DNA from: Rebecca billardiae RCC1528
Taxonomy: Eukaryota > Protista > Haptophyta
Length of the DNA stretch: 64,000 nucleotides
Direction of reading: 5' to 3'
Assembly (NCBI GenBank): GCA_965240325.2
Contig: OZ251225.1
Location: 2,976,001-3,040,000, forward strand
A program made the position numbers and the translations under genes. This document shows, piece by piece, positions 1-10,395 of the stretch (the stretch's first letter is position 1; each line of letters opens with the position of its first letter). Below the pieces are notes generated by a model that was not told the origin of the DNA, did no database searches, and saw only the letters and a program-made list of their open reading frames with translations.

Positions 1-1
1 G

Positions 2-808
2 CACGGCAGCCGCACGGTGCTGCTGTACGACGCCTCAGATCGCCTCGTCCCCTACCGTGACGGGCTGCGCTGGCAGGAGGCGCTGCATGGCGAGCGAGTG
101 AAGTGCGCAGTCGCGCGCGCGCGCGCCGTCGAGGACGCTTCGAGCTCGTCCGGCATCCTCGGAGTGCCAGACGCGCTCATCATGCTGCAGCACCAGGCTG
201 TGCTGACGTTGGGCACGGCGAGCACGGAGGACAACATCCTCACGGCACGCGGGGACCTCCCCTTCGACGTGGTGCGCACGACGCGCGGCGGGGAGGTCAC
301 CTACCACGGCCCTGGCCAGCTGGTCGCGTACCCCATCTTCGACCTCAGGGCGAGTCACACGGCCGACCTGCACTGGTATCTGCGCACGCTCGAGGGCGCG
401 GTGATTGGCGCGCTTGGCGACTTTGGCATCGACGCCGGGCGGATCGATGGGCTGACCGGCGTGTGGGCAGGCGGCCGCAAGCTGTGCGCTATCGGCGTCA
501 AGGTGTCGCGCTGGGTGACGATGCACGGGCTCGCGCTCAACGTCGACCCCGAGCTGCGCGACTTTGAGCACATCGTGCCGTGCGGCATCTCCGACAGGCC
601 CGTCGGGTCCATCGCGCAGTTTGTGCCCGGCGTGCGCATGGACGAGGTGCGCGACTCGCTGCTCAAGCACCTGATGCACGCATTCGCCCTCGACGCGTGG
701 CTTGACGCAGGGCCCGATCCATTGGCATTCGACGCTCCGCCTGCTCCCCAGGAGGCCTTGTCGTTCTATGCACCGGGCTCCGGGTATGACCGTGCCTCAG
801 GTGCCTAG
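2..808 (+). CDS. lipB: Octanoyltransferase / lipoate-protein ligase B (5'-partial)
   Basis: Motifs QHQAVLTLG, RGGEVTYHGPGQLVAYPIFDL, RKLCAIGV, HGLALN, IVPCGI; frame open from the window start. Confidence 0.95.
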   Translation, partial: HGSRTVLLYDASDRLVPYRDGLRWQEALHGERVKCAVARARAVEDASSSSGILGVPDALIMLQHQAVLTLGTASTEDNILTARGDLPFDVVRTTRGGEVTYHGPGQLVAYPIFDLRASHTADLHWYLRTLEGAVIGALGDFGIDAGRIDGLTGVWAGGRKLCAIGVKVSRWVTMHGLALNVDPELRDFEHIVPCGISDRPVGSIAQFVPGVRMDEVRDSLLKHLMHAFALDAWLDAGPDPLAFDAPPAPQEALSFYAPGSGYDRASGA

Positions 809-891
809 GCTGCTCGTGAGCAGGGGTGTGGGGGCGGTGTGTGTGCGGGGCTGCGGGCGATTTCGACGCCGACGAAACCGGTGAAAGTCAA

Positions 892-1073
892 AAAGTCGCC
901 CGTCCCATCATTCTTTCGAAAACGCATTATTATTCATTACCGACGAAACATATATATTCATATATCGGTAATAATCGCACGACCGCAAACGTTGCACTGC
1001 TTGTACCTGGGACCACCCCACAGTGTTGGGCTCGTATGCTGTTGGCAATGGCATACCCGCCCCGCCCCCTCTG
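892..1073 (+). repeat. Direct repeat copy A (second copy at 6404-6581)
   Basis: aaagtcgcccgtcccatcattctttcgaaaacgc...ggcatacccgccccgccccctctg recurs nearly identically at 6404-6581. Confidence 0.9.
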
Positions 1074-1383
1074 TATTGTACCCCCATCCTGTGTATCATA
1101 CGCGACTGTTCGTCGGCCAGCGGGAAGATACTGCATACAGTCGCCAGTCGCCGGCGACCACCCCCAACCGCCGGTCCAGACCTCGGGATTTACTCCTGGG
1201 ACCACCCCACAGTGTTGGGCTCGTATGCTGTTGGCAATGGCATACCCGCCCCGCCCCCTCTGTATTGTACCCCCATCCTGTGTATCATACGCGACTGTTC
1301 GTCGGCCAGCGGGAAGATACTGCATACAGTCGCCAGTCGCCGGCGACCACCCCCAACCGCCGGTCCAGACCTCGGGATTTACT
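1006..1383 (+). repeat. Two-copy tandem duplication, 189-bp period
   Basis: cctgggaccaccccacagtg starts at 1006 and 1195; both units end ctcgggatttact. Confidence 0.92.
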
Positions 1384-1504
1384 ATGATGACAGCCCTACA
1401 GTTCACTAAGACTAAGAGACGCACACAGCTCAGGCAGGCGAGATTACCTTACGGTGCCGGGTGCCCTTGCCGTCCTGACGACGACGCAGCTGTGATGCTG
1501 CTGC

Positions 1505-3130
1505 TCAGGCCCGGCTCCCCCCGGTCACACGCCTGGCCATCACCACGGGTCGTTCACACGACGGCGTCGAGACGACGCTGGCTGTGACCAGCTGCGGCAG
1601 CTGCGATGATCGCGGCCGCCGCGCTGCCACAACGTCCGGAGCAGTGGCTGTGCTGCTGGCGCGCTTCCGCTGGCGCTTGGCGGCGCTCGTCACTTCGTTG
1701 GGGCTCTTCATGTCTTGCTGCAGCCCGCGCTTGTGCCGACCTGAACTCCGATGGCGCTTCATGCCGGCCAGCTTGTGCGCAGCGCAACGGCTGGCGCGCG
1801 CGTCGCCCGGCATGCCGAATGAAGGCCCCGTGGTGCAGCCCGTGTGATCGCACTTGGGGTTCTTCAGGTCGACCATGCCGGCCAGCTTGTGCGCAGCGCA
1901 CCGGCTGGCGCGCGCGTCGCCCGGCATGCCGAATGAAGGCCCCTTGGTGCAGCCCGTGTGATCGCACTTGCGGCTGTTCAGGTCGACCATGCCGGCCAGC
2001 TTGTGCGCAGCGCACCGGCTGGCACGCGCGTCACCCGGCATGCCGAACGCAGGCTGCGTGGTGCAGCCCGTGTGATCGCACTTGCGGCTGTTCAGGTCGA
2101 CCATGCCGGCCAGCTTGTGCGCAGCGCACCGGCTCGCGCGCGCGTCGCCCGGCATGCCGTAGGAAGGCTGCGTGGTGCAGCCCGTGTGATCGCACTTGGG
2201 GTGCTTCAGGTCGACCATGCCGGCCAGCTTGTGCGCAGCGCACCGGCTGGCACGCGCGTCACCCGGCATGCCGAATGAAGACCGCGTGGTGCAGCCCGTG
2301 TGATCGCACTTGGGGTTCTTCAGGTCGACCATGCCGGCCAGCTTGTGCGCAGCGCACCGGCTCGCGCGCGCGTCACCCGGCATGCCGAATGAAGACCGCG
2401 TGGTGCAGCCCGTGTGATCGCACTTGCGGCTGTTCAGGTCGACCATGCCGGCCAGCTTGTGCGCAGCGCACCGGCTGGCACGCGCGTCACCCGGCATGCC
2501 GAACGCAGGCTGCGTGGTGCAGCCCGTGTGATCGCACTTGCGGCTGTTCAGGTCGACCATGCCGGCCAGCTTGTGCGCAGCGCACCGGCTCGCGCGCGCG
2601 TCGCCCGGCATGCCGTAGGAAGGCTGCGTGGTGCAGCCCGTGTGATCGCACTTGGGGTGCTTCAGGTCGACCATGCCGGCCAGCTTGTGCGCAGCGCACC
2701 GGCTGGCGCGCATGTCGCCCGGCATGCCGAAGTGAGGCCGCGTGGTGCAGCCCGTATGATCGCACTTGGGGTGCTTCAGGTCGACCATGCCTGCCAGCTT
2801 GTGCGCAGCGCACCGGCTGGCACGCGCGTCACCCGGCATGCCGAATGAAGACCGCGTGGTGCAGCCCGTGTGATCGCACTTGGGGTTCTTCAGGTCGACC
2901 ATGCCGGCCAGCTTGTGCGCAGCGCACCGGCTGGCACGCGCGTCGCCCGGCATGCCGAACGCAGGCTGCGTGGTGCAGCCCGTGTGATCGCACTTGCGGC
3001 TCTTCAGGTCGACCATGCCGGCCAGCTTGTGCGCAGCGCACCGGCTGGCGCGCGCGTCGCCCGGCATGCCGAATGAAGGCCGCGTGGTGCAGCCCGTGTG
3101 ATCGCACTTGCGGCTCTTCGGGCCGACCAT
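1505..3130 (-). CDS. EsV-1-7-type cysteine-rich repeat protein, 12 x 38-aa units, basic NLS-like tail
   Basis: Unit KxxKCDHTGCTTxPxFGMPGDARASRCAAHKLAGMVDL (C-x4-C-x16-C-x2-H) fits the EsV-1-7 motif; tail KRHRSSGRHKR...KRQRKR; first in-frame ATG at 3130, upstream exon possible. Confidence 0.85.
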   Translation of the reverse strand: MVGPKSRKCDHTGCTTRPSFGMPGDARASRCAAHKLAGMVDLKSRKCDHTGCTTQPAFGMPGDARASRCAAHKLAGMVDLKNPKCDHTGCTTRSSFGMPGDARASRCAAHKLAGMVDLKHPKCDHTGCTTRPHFGMPGDMRASRCAAHKLAGMVDLKHPKCDHTGCTTQPSYGMPGDARASRCAAHKLAGMVDLNSRKCDHTGCTTQPAFGMPGDARASRCAAHKLAGMVDLNSRKCDHTGCTTRSSFGMPGDARASRCAAHKLAGMVDLKNPKCDHTGCTTRSSFGMPGDARASRCAAHKLAGMVDLKHPKCDHTGCTTQPSYGMPGDARASRCAAHKLAGMVDLNSRKCDHTGCTTQPAFGMPGDARASRCAAHKLAGMVDLNSRKCDHTGCTKGPSFGMPGDARASRCAAHKLAGMVDLKNPKCDHTGCTTGPSFGMPGDARASRCAAHKLAGMKRHRSSGRHKRGLQQDMKSPNEVTSAAKRQRKRASSTATAPDVVAARRPRSSQLPQLVTASVVSTPSCERPVVMARRVTGGSRA

Positions 3131-3486
3131 GCCGGCCAGCTTGGCTGGGAAGGCGACCACGACCCTGGCCGCGCCCGCCGTCGCGCGCGCCTCGAGTTGA
3201 CGAGCACCCACGCCGACGCTTTTCAGACTCGAACGTCACTTCCCCTAGGTGTACGACGGTACCGTATCCTCGATATCGCCGGCGCTCCGGCCGCGCTCAC
3301 CGTGTCCGTGAAGTCCTCCGGTGAGAGTCAGAGTCCAGAGACTCCGAAGGGACGGTCACGGTTGACAAATGACAGCCCTACAGTTTACTAAGACTAAGAG
3401 ACGCACACAGCTCAGGCAGGCGAGATTACCTTACGGTGCCGGGTGCCCTTGCCGTCCTGACGACGACGCAGCTGTGATGCTGCTGC

Positions 3487-4542
3487 TCAGGCCCGGCTCC
3501 CCCCGGTCACACGCCTGGCCATCACCACGGGTCGTTCACACGACGGCGTCGAGACGACGCTGGCTGTGACCAGCTGCGGCAGCTGCGATGATCGCGGCCG
3601 CCGCGCTGCCACAACGTCCGGAGCAGTGGCTGTGCTGCTGGCGCGCTTCCTCTGTCGCTTGGCGGCGCTCGTCACTTCGTTGGGGCTCTTCATGTCTTGC
3701 TGCAGCCCGCGCTTGTGCCGACCTGAACTCCGATGGCTCTTCATGCCGGCCAGCTTGTGCGCAGCGCAACGGCTGGCGCGCGCGTCGCCCGGCATGCCGA
3801 AGTGAGGCCGCGTGGTGCAGCCCGTGTGATCGCACTTGCGGCTCTTCAGGTCGACCATGCCGGCCAGCTTGTGCGCAGCGCACCGGCTCGAGCGCGCGTC
3901 ACCCGGGATGCCAAATGAAGGCCGCGTGGTGCAGCCCGTGTGATCGCATTTGGGGTTCTTCAGGTCGACCATGCCGGCCAGCTTGTGCGCAGCGCACCGG
4001 CTGGCACGCGCGTCACCCGGCATGCCGTAGTAAGGCCGCGTGGTGCAGCCCGTGTGATCGCACTTGCGGCTGTTCAGGTCGACCATGCCGGCCAGCTTGT
4101 GCGCAGCGCACCGGCTGGCACGCATGTCGCCCGGCATGCCGAAGTGAGGCTGCGTGGTGCAGCCCGTGTGATCGCACTTGCGGCTGTTCAGGTCGACCAT
4201 GCCGGCCAGCTTGTGCGCAGCGCACCGGCTCGCGCGCGCGTCACCCGGGATGCCAAATGAAGGCCGCGTGGTGCAGCCCGTGTGATCGCATTTGGGGTTC
4301 TTCAGGTCGACCATGCCGGCCAGCTTGTGCGCAGCGCACCGGCTGGCACGCGCGTCACCCGGCATGCCGTAGTAAGGCTGCGTGGTGCAGCCCGTGTGAT
4401 CGCACTTGGGGTGCTTCAGGTCGACCATGCCGGCCAGCTTGTGCGCAGCGCACCGGCTGGCACGCGCGTCACCCGGCATGCCGAAGTAAGGCCGCGTGGT
4501 GCAGCCCGTGTGATCGCACTTGCGGTGCTTCAGGCCGACCAT
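3487..4542 (-). CDS. EsV-1-7-type cysteine-rich repeat protein, 7 x 38-aa units
   Basis: Same unit and near-identical C-terminal tail as 1505-3130; first in-frame ATG at 4542. Confidence 0.85.
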   Translation of the reverse strand: MVGLKHRKCDHTGCTTRPYFGMPGDARASRCAAHKLAGMVDLKHPKCDHTGCTTQPYYGMPGDARASRCAAHKLAGMVDLKNPKCDHTGCTTRPSFGIPGDARASRCAAHKLAGMVDLNSRKCDHTGCTTQPHFGMPGDMRASRCAAHKLAGMVDLNSRKCDHTGCTTRPYYGMPGDARASRCAAHKLAGMVDLKNPKCDHTGCTTRPSFGIPGDARSSRCAAHKLAGMVDLKSRKCDHTGCTTRPHFGMPGDARASRCAAHKLAGMKSHRSSGRHKRGLQQDMKSPNEVTSAAKRQRKRASSTATAPDVVAARRPRSSQLPQLVTASVVSTPSCERPVVMARRVTGGSRA

Positions 4543-4750
4543 GCCGGCCACTTGGCTGGGAAGGCGACCACGACCCTGGCCGCCCCAGTTGACGAGCACC
4601 CACGCCGACGCTTTTCAGACTCGAACGTCGCTTATCCCGGTACGACGGTATCCTCGATATCGCCGTCGCCTCCGGCCGCAGCTCACCGTGGCGGTGAAGT
4701 CCTCCGGTGATCGAGAGTCAGAGTCCATAGACTCAGGGACGGTTGACAAA

Positions 4751-4975
4751 TGACAGCCCTACCTACTGTTTACGAAGACTAAGAGACGCGCACACAGCTC
4801 AGGCAGGCGAGATTACCTTACGGTGCCGGGTGCCCTTGCCGTCCTGACGACGACGCAGCTGTGATGCTGCTGCTCAGGCCCGGCTCCCCCCGGTCACCCG
4901 CCTGGCCATCACCACGGGTCGTACACACGACGGCGTCGAGACGACGCTGGCTGTGACCAGCTGCGGCAGCTGCGA
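4751..4975 (-). pseudogene. Truncated third EsV-1-7 unit (C-terminal tail and 3' flank only)
   Basis: Matches 1388-~1605; similarity stops at ~4976, just before the RT-like fragment. Confidence 0.75.
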
Positions 4976-5039
4976 TTCTCGTGTGAGGTGCGCCCAGGAC
5001 CCCAGAGACTACCGCATGCGTCCGGAGGAGCGGTAAGAC

Positions 5040-5135
5040 AGCCGCGTCCGGACAAGGGCTTCTGGGAGCCGACGCAGCGACTCGAGCACCTCGGCATCGA
5101 GGTGGACACCGCGCGCGGCCTCTTCCTCGGGTGTA
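5040..5135 (+). mobile_element. Fragment of DIRS/tyrosine-recombinase retrotransposon-type reverse transcriptase
   Basis: DKGFWEPTQRLEHLGIEVDTARGLF resembles the K-x4-P-T-Q-x3-[FH]LG-x2-D segment after the YxDD motif of DIRS-type RTs; no YxDD seen. Confidence 0.55.
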
Positions 5136-5331
5136 CCTCCCGGCGCGCGTCGTCTCCGAGGCGCTCGACTGGGCGCTGGGTGCGCGCGTGCGCGGCTCCG
5201 CGCGCGATCCGCGGCCTGCGCAGCTTACAAAATCTCTCTACATCGTCATCAACCTGGAACACTGTTCACACAATCATCTTCACAGAATCACAGTATTAAT
5301 CGTACGTGCATTAAGTTTTGAGTGTGACGAG

Positions 5332-5868
5332 TCATGCAGTCACCACCCCGCGCATCTCGTGATCGGCGTCGCCGGCGTGGATTCGCACCGTGCCCCCGGG
5401 CAGCACGAGGCCCTGCCGAGAGAGCTGCAGCGGCGAGCTCGCCAGCGTGATCTGCCCGCACTCGGCGAGGACGGTGCTGCCGTCGGGTTTGAGCACCTCG
5501 TACACATCGGAGGGAGACTGCTGTCGGTTGCTGTCCACTGCTCGCAGCACGGTGCATGGCGCGAGGCTCGAGCGGCGCGTCTTGTCGCGCATGACGATCT
5601 GCGCGCCACTCACCGCTCCCGGCACCACGCCCCAGCACATGCCGTCGCGTTGGAGGTGCTGCGTGAAGGTGCTGCGCACCAGGAGGTTCTCGATGCACTC
5701 ACGATCTGAGTCCGCCTCGGCGTCCACGAGCGCTCCGACGTGATGCATGGCGCGAGCTGAGTCGCCATCGTGGCCATCGGTGCGCACGCGGCGCGGAGCG
5801 AGCTCCGGAGTCATGGGCGCGTGCGCCGGCACGGCGGCGACCGTCGCGAGCAGCAGGTGCGACGCCAT
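5332..5868 (-). CDS. Hypothetical protein (~178 aa)
   Basis: ATG at 5868 (MASHLLLAT...), balanced composition unlike the Arg/Ala shadow frames; no family recognised. Confidence 0.35.
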   Translation of the reverse strand: MASHLLLATVAAVPAHAPMTPELAPRRVRTDGHDGDSARAMHHVGALVDAEADSDRECIENLLVRSTFTQHLQRDGMCWGVVPGAVSGAQIVMRDKTRRSSLAPCTVLRAVDSNRQQSPSDVYEVLKPDGSTVLAECGQITLASSPLQLSRQGLVLPGGTVRIHAGDADHEMRGVVTA

Positions 5869-6403
5869 GGGCAGAGGATGGGCGAGGGGTGTGGGCCGTT
5901 TGCCGTGCTCGGTCAGTGGATCGCTTTGGATTGCTTTTGCGCGCGGACGGCGGTCCGGGGCTCGCACGCGGTCCGTTGTTCCCGACCCATTTGGCGCAAC
6001 TCGATCGCAAGGGCTAATTCTATGATTTTTAAAAGACACAGGCACGAGGGCGCAGCTCTCCTGATTCGTCTGTAGTGGTACTGGTCGAAGCTTGCAGCAG
6101 TGGCAGTGGTGTGAGCACGTTGATGTTGGTCCCCATGGCGGATGTCGTTGTTGTCGTCGTCCGGACGTCGTCAGGCCCACCAGGAAGTGCATGGGTACGG
6201 AATCAAAGGCGAGTGAGCATGTTGGCGTCGGCCAGGCCGTCCCCTACTTGGTCAGCAGCTGGTGCGGATGATGTCGTCGCCTACTTGGTCAGTGGGCACA
6301 TCGCGCGGCGATGGTGCGGAATTTGTTATTCGTTTATTCGATTTTTCGTCTGCAGTCTGCTCGTTTTGGCCCTTTCAGAGGAAAAGGGTATTGGACAATT
6401 TGT

Positions 6404-6581
6404 AAAGTCGCCCGTCCCATCATTCTTTCGAAAACGCATTATTATTCATTACCGACGAAACATATATATATATTCATCGGTAATCGCACGACCGCAAACG
6501 TTGCACTGCTTGTACTCCTGGGACCACCCCACAGTGTTGGGCTCGTATGCTGTTGGCAATGGCATACCCCCGCCCCCTCTG
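6404..6581 (+). repeat. Direct repeat copy B (partner of 892-1073)
   Basis: Near-identical to 892-1073. Confidence 0.9.
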
Positions 6582-7010
6582 GAGGCGGGCTGTCCACAGT
6601 GGAGTGGTGTCAAGACACTAGGTGTCTCGGTCAGTGGTTTGAGGTTGGGTGAGGGTGGTGGTTGGTTGGGGGCTGGCCAGGGTAGGGCTGGAGGCTTCGG
6701 CCGCCAGCCTGATCACCCGGAGCCCGTCTATTTTAAAAGCAAACGTGCATCATGCGGGTAGACGAGTTCTTGGTTAAAGGCCTGCGCCAATCGATAGCAA
6801 TCGGCGCCCCGAATAATCTCCACTGTTCCAAACCTGAACTGCCTACGGCCGCGGTATCGGGAGTAAAAACTGTAGATGAATACTATGATAGTAATAAGTC
6901 GTACTGGTACCGCGAGGCGTTGGTGTGCTTGCTCAACAGCGGCGAGGGGCCCACAAGCCACGAGGGCGGGCACCTTTCGGTGCACGTCCCGTGGGTGGCC
7001 GAGCCCGCGC

Positions 7011-10000
7011 ATGCTGAACGTCGGTCGAGCCGTGGTGCAACCGCGGCATGATCTGGACCTCCCACGCGTGGTCCTCATCGCCGACCCGGTGCGCGCTGCG
7101 CCGCCGCGCGCCCGCGTGCTCCGAGCGGGCGGGGCTCACGGCGCGTCATGCGCGGCCGCCCCCCTGCACACCACAGGGCCCGGATCCAGACGATGTGAAG
7201 GCCCTGCTCATCGCGGCCATCATGCACAAGGAGCAGCAGCTCCAGTTGTGCGCGGTCATCGCCAACGGCGGGCAGCAGGCTGTCGAGCGCGCCGCGCTCG
7301 CGTGCTGCCTGCTCGACCACATGCACGAGCGCAGCGTGCCCGTCGGGATCGGCTCGCAGGGCCGGGCGTACGTGCCGTGCGCGCACGAGTACGACTTGCA
7401 GCAGTTCGACCTCGAGCGGCTGCGCCCGCGGCTCCGCGACGGCGCGGAGCTGCTGCTGAGCGTGCTCCGCGACGCGCCGCCCAAGTCGCTCACCATCGTG
7501 TGCATCTCCTCGCTGCGCGACCTGGCGGACGTGATGGCGAGCGCCCCCGAGCTGGTGATGGAGAAGGTGGCGACCGTCGCCGTGATGGGCGGTCTCGCGC
7601 GCGCCCACGACGCGGCCGACGGCGCGGCGCCCTGGCGCGCCGACAACAGCGTGAACAACCTGTTCGACCTCGAGGCGGCCGAGGCCGTGTACACCTTCTG
7701 CTTTTCGCGCGGGCTGCCGATGGCGATCACGTCGCGCAACGCGGTGCCGCTGCTGCCGATGCAGCTGGCCAAGTCGTTCGCCGCGCGGACGGAGTGTCCC
7801 GTCATGTCGTACCTCGCCGACGCGCAGTTCCTCGGCCTCGAGGGCCTCTGGCAGAAGCTGTGCGCGGGCGAGCTGCCCGCGCGCTGCGACATGCGCTGGT
7901 ACTTCCAGACCTTCTGCGGCGTCGACGCGGCCGAGTTCGACGCGCAGGGGCTCGAGTCGAGCTTGGACGGCGAGACGGACATCCTGGAGTACCTGAACGG
8001 CAACGTCAAGCCGTACGACGTGGTCGCGCTCATGACGGTGCTGCCCGCCACGCGCCACCTGTTTGAGCACTTCTCGGGCGCGCGCTTCACGTGGCACGGC
8101 GTGCGCCACCTGCTGCTGCTCGAGCCCGAGCACATGATCGACGTGAAGCACGTGCTCAAGCTGCTGCGCGACGTGTACCACGAGGTGGTGCTCGTGACGG
8201 TGGGCGGCGACGACGACGCCTCGCTCATCCGCACCTCGCGCCTCGCGCGCGGCTCGAGGCGGATGGTCCAGTTCTCGCGCTCGGCCGCGCGGCCGTTTGC
8301 CGAGGTGTCTCGCACGCTCTCGGCGTCCTTCCTGCGCATGGCGGACGAGCCGTCGCAGGCGTCCACCTCGCGCTCCTCGCTGCCGGCGGTGATCGACCCG
8401 GCCCCCTTCCGCCGCGACTCGCGCACGAGCAGCGCCGGCGGCAACACGCCGGCGTCCACCACGCGCGGCACGCCGCAGGGCGCGTCGTTCACGCGCAACC
8501 TCCGCACGGAGGTCGGCTGCATCCCGCTGCCGGAGCTCGAGGCGCTCTTCGAGGAGGCGTTCGCGCAGGCGCGGCATCGGCAGGTGCACGTGACGCTGCC
8601 CGCGGCGGTGACGGGGTCCACGATGCTCACCGCGCTGCTGCTCGCCGCCTGCATCGACGAGGGCCTCCACTGGAGCCTCGAGGGCTGCGCGCGCGTGCAG
8701 CTGGAGGTGCGCGTAAGGCTGTACGCGACCGCGGCCGCGTTCGCCATCCCGACGTGCTTCATCGGGCTGCACCCGATGGAGAGCTACCGGCGGATCATCC
8801 TCGGCGGGCTGGTCGCCGCGCTCGTGCTCGCCTTGGGCGGCGCCGCGCTCTACCTCTTCATCGCCATCCACGAGGCGCTCGGCGAGGCCGCGCACGCGCT
8901 GCGGCCGGGCGAGGCGCCGCCGTCCGGACGCCGCGTGGCGGAGCTGGTGCACTTCTTCTCATACGGCCTCTCCGCGCTGCTCGAGCTGCTCGCCGCGCTC
9001 TTCGCGGCGGCGCTCGTGTGCTCGCAGGCGCGGCGGAGCCCGCGCTCCCTCCTGCGCGGCCTGTGGACCGTCGGCGGCCTCGTCATCTTCTTCCGCGGCG
9101 TGGGCGACTCGGTCCGCACCTGCACGTCAGCGCTGACCGCGCGCTTCGCCGGCTGCGGATCCGCCATCTGGGTGGCGAGCGCGTGCGACAACCTGAGCAT
9201 GCTGGTGTTCGGCGTGCTGATGCTCACGCCGATCACGCGGCACATGGCGCAGGCGTGGATCGTGCGCATCTCGCACGCCGAGGGCAAGCTCGCCGCCCTC
9301 GCGCCGCTGCTCGGCTTCGGCACGCGGCACGAGCTCGAGCCCGCGCGGCTCGTGAGCTCGGCCATGCGCACGTTTCTGCCGGCCACGCTCAGCGCGGACG
9401 TGCTGGGGCGGATGGTGCTGCACGCGCAGTCGGGCGGGCGCGAGCTGCCGCGGACGGCGTCGGCGAACCGCGAGGTGTTCATCCGCGCGAAGGAGCTCGC
9501 CTCGGACACGAGCACGCGCTTCGCCGACGCGTTCGTCGTCCATTCGCACCGCGACGACGGCGCGCTGCGCAAGGCGCAGCTCGAGCGCTGGGCGGCGCGC
9601 TTCCGGCAGGAGCACGGCCGCGACCCGCAGGTGTGGATCGACCAGCTGTGCACGGACATGTCCCTCGACGAGGGCGTGGAGATCCAGCACATCCTCGTCT
9701 ACCTCGCGCGCTGCCGCTCGCTCCTCGTGCTCTGCGGCCCCACCGTCGCCGACGAGCACCTGTGCGTCGCGGAGCTGTGGGCGTGGCGCGCGCTCGGCGG
9801 CGATCTCGGCCGCGCGCAGGTGCTGCCGGTCGCGCGCGACGTGGTCGAGCTCGAGCAGGTGGTCGCGGGGCTCGACGCGTTCCACGTGCGGCTCGCGAAG
9901 GGGCGCTCGTGGAGCCGCGCGGAGGAGCGGCGCATCCGCTACGCCATCGAGATCGAGACGGCCTCGCGCGTGAACGAGGCGATCAGAGACTACACGCCAC

Positions 10001-10395
10001 TCGCCACCGCCGCCGCCGCGCGCGTGCGCGAGACGCTGCCGCGCTCGCCGTCCTTCCGCAGGGGGAGCGTGTCGGTGCCGCAGCCCGCCGCCGACGCGGC
10101 TGTCGTGCCGATCTCGATCGCAGGGGCCCCCACCAAGCGCGGCCCCGGCGGGCTCGACGGCTCCGCCGAGTTGGCCGACAGGCGCCTGCTGAGCACCTCG
10201 CTGAGCACCATCGCCTCCGCCGGCGAGCGCGAGGAGGTCCGGCGGCACTCGATGGCCGAGCCGAGCAGCGACAGAAAGGAGTCGCGGCACTCGAGCGTGT
10301 CGTCCGTCGGCCTCCAGCCGCGCGGGAGCTCCGTCGACGAGACCACGCTCGAGGTGACGGATGCCGGACCGGCTGCTGACGAGCTGCCTTGTTGA
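7011..10395 (+). CDS. Nucleoside hydrolase-like / multi-TM / TIR-like fusion protein; exons 7011-7088 and 7177-10395
   Basis: Removing GT-AG intron 7089-7176 rebuilds VVLIADPGPDPDDVKAL (IU-NH Asp-rich motif); also VAVMGG, NNLFDLEAA, YDVVAL; hydrophobic helices at ~8600-9270; C-terminal DAFVVHSHRDD...VWIDQLC...LLVLCGPT...LCVAELW. Confidence 0.75.

Larger units (their letters stand above)
1388..4975. repeat. Tandem array of gene-containing units (1388-3369, 3370-4750, truncated 4751-~4975)
   Basis: tgacagcccta...aagactaagagacgc(g)cacacagctcaggcaggcgagattacc recurs at 1388, 3370 and 4751. Confidence 0.9.

Noticed and set aside
1505-4542. Endogenous giant-virus (NCLDV) insertion implied by EsV-1-7 repeats
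   Set aside because: No viral core genes (MCP, PolB, A32 ATPase) in the window, and GC/codon style matches host genes.
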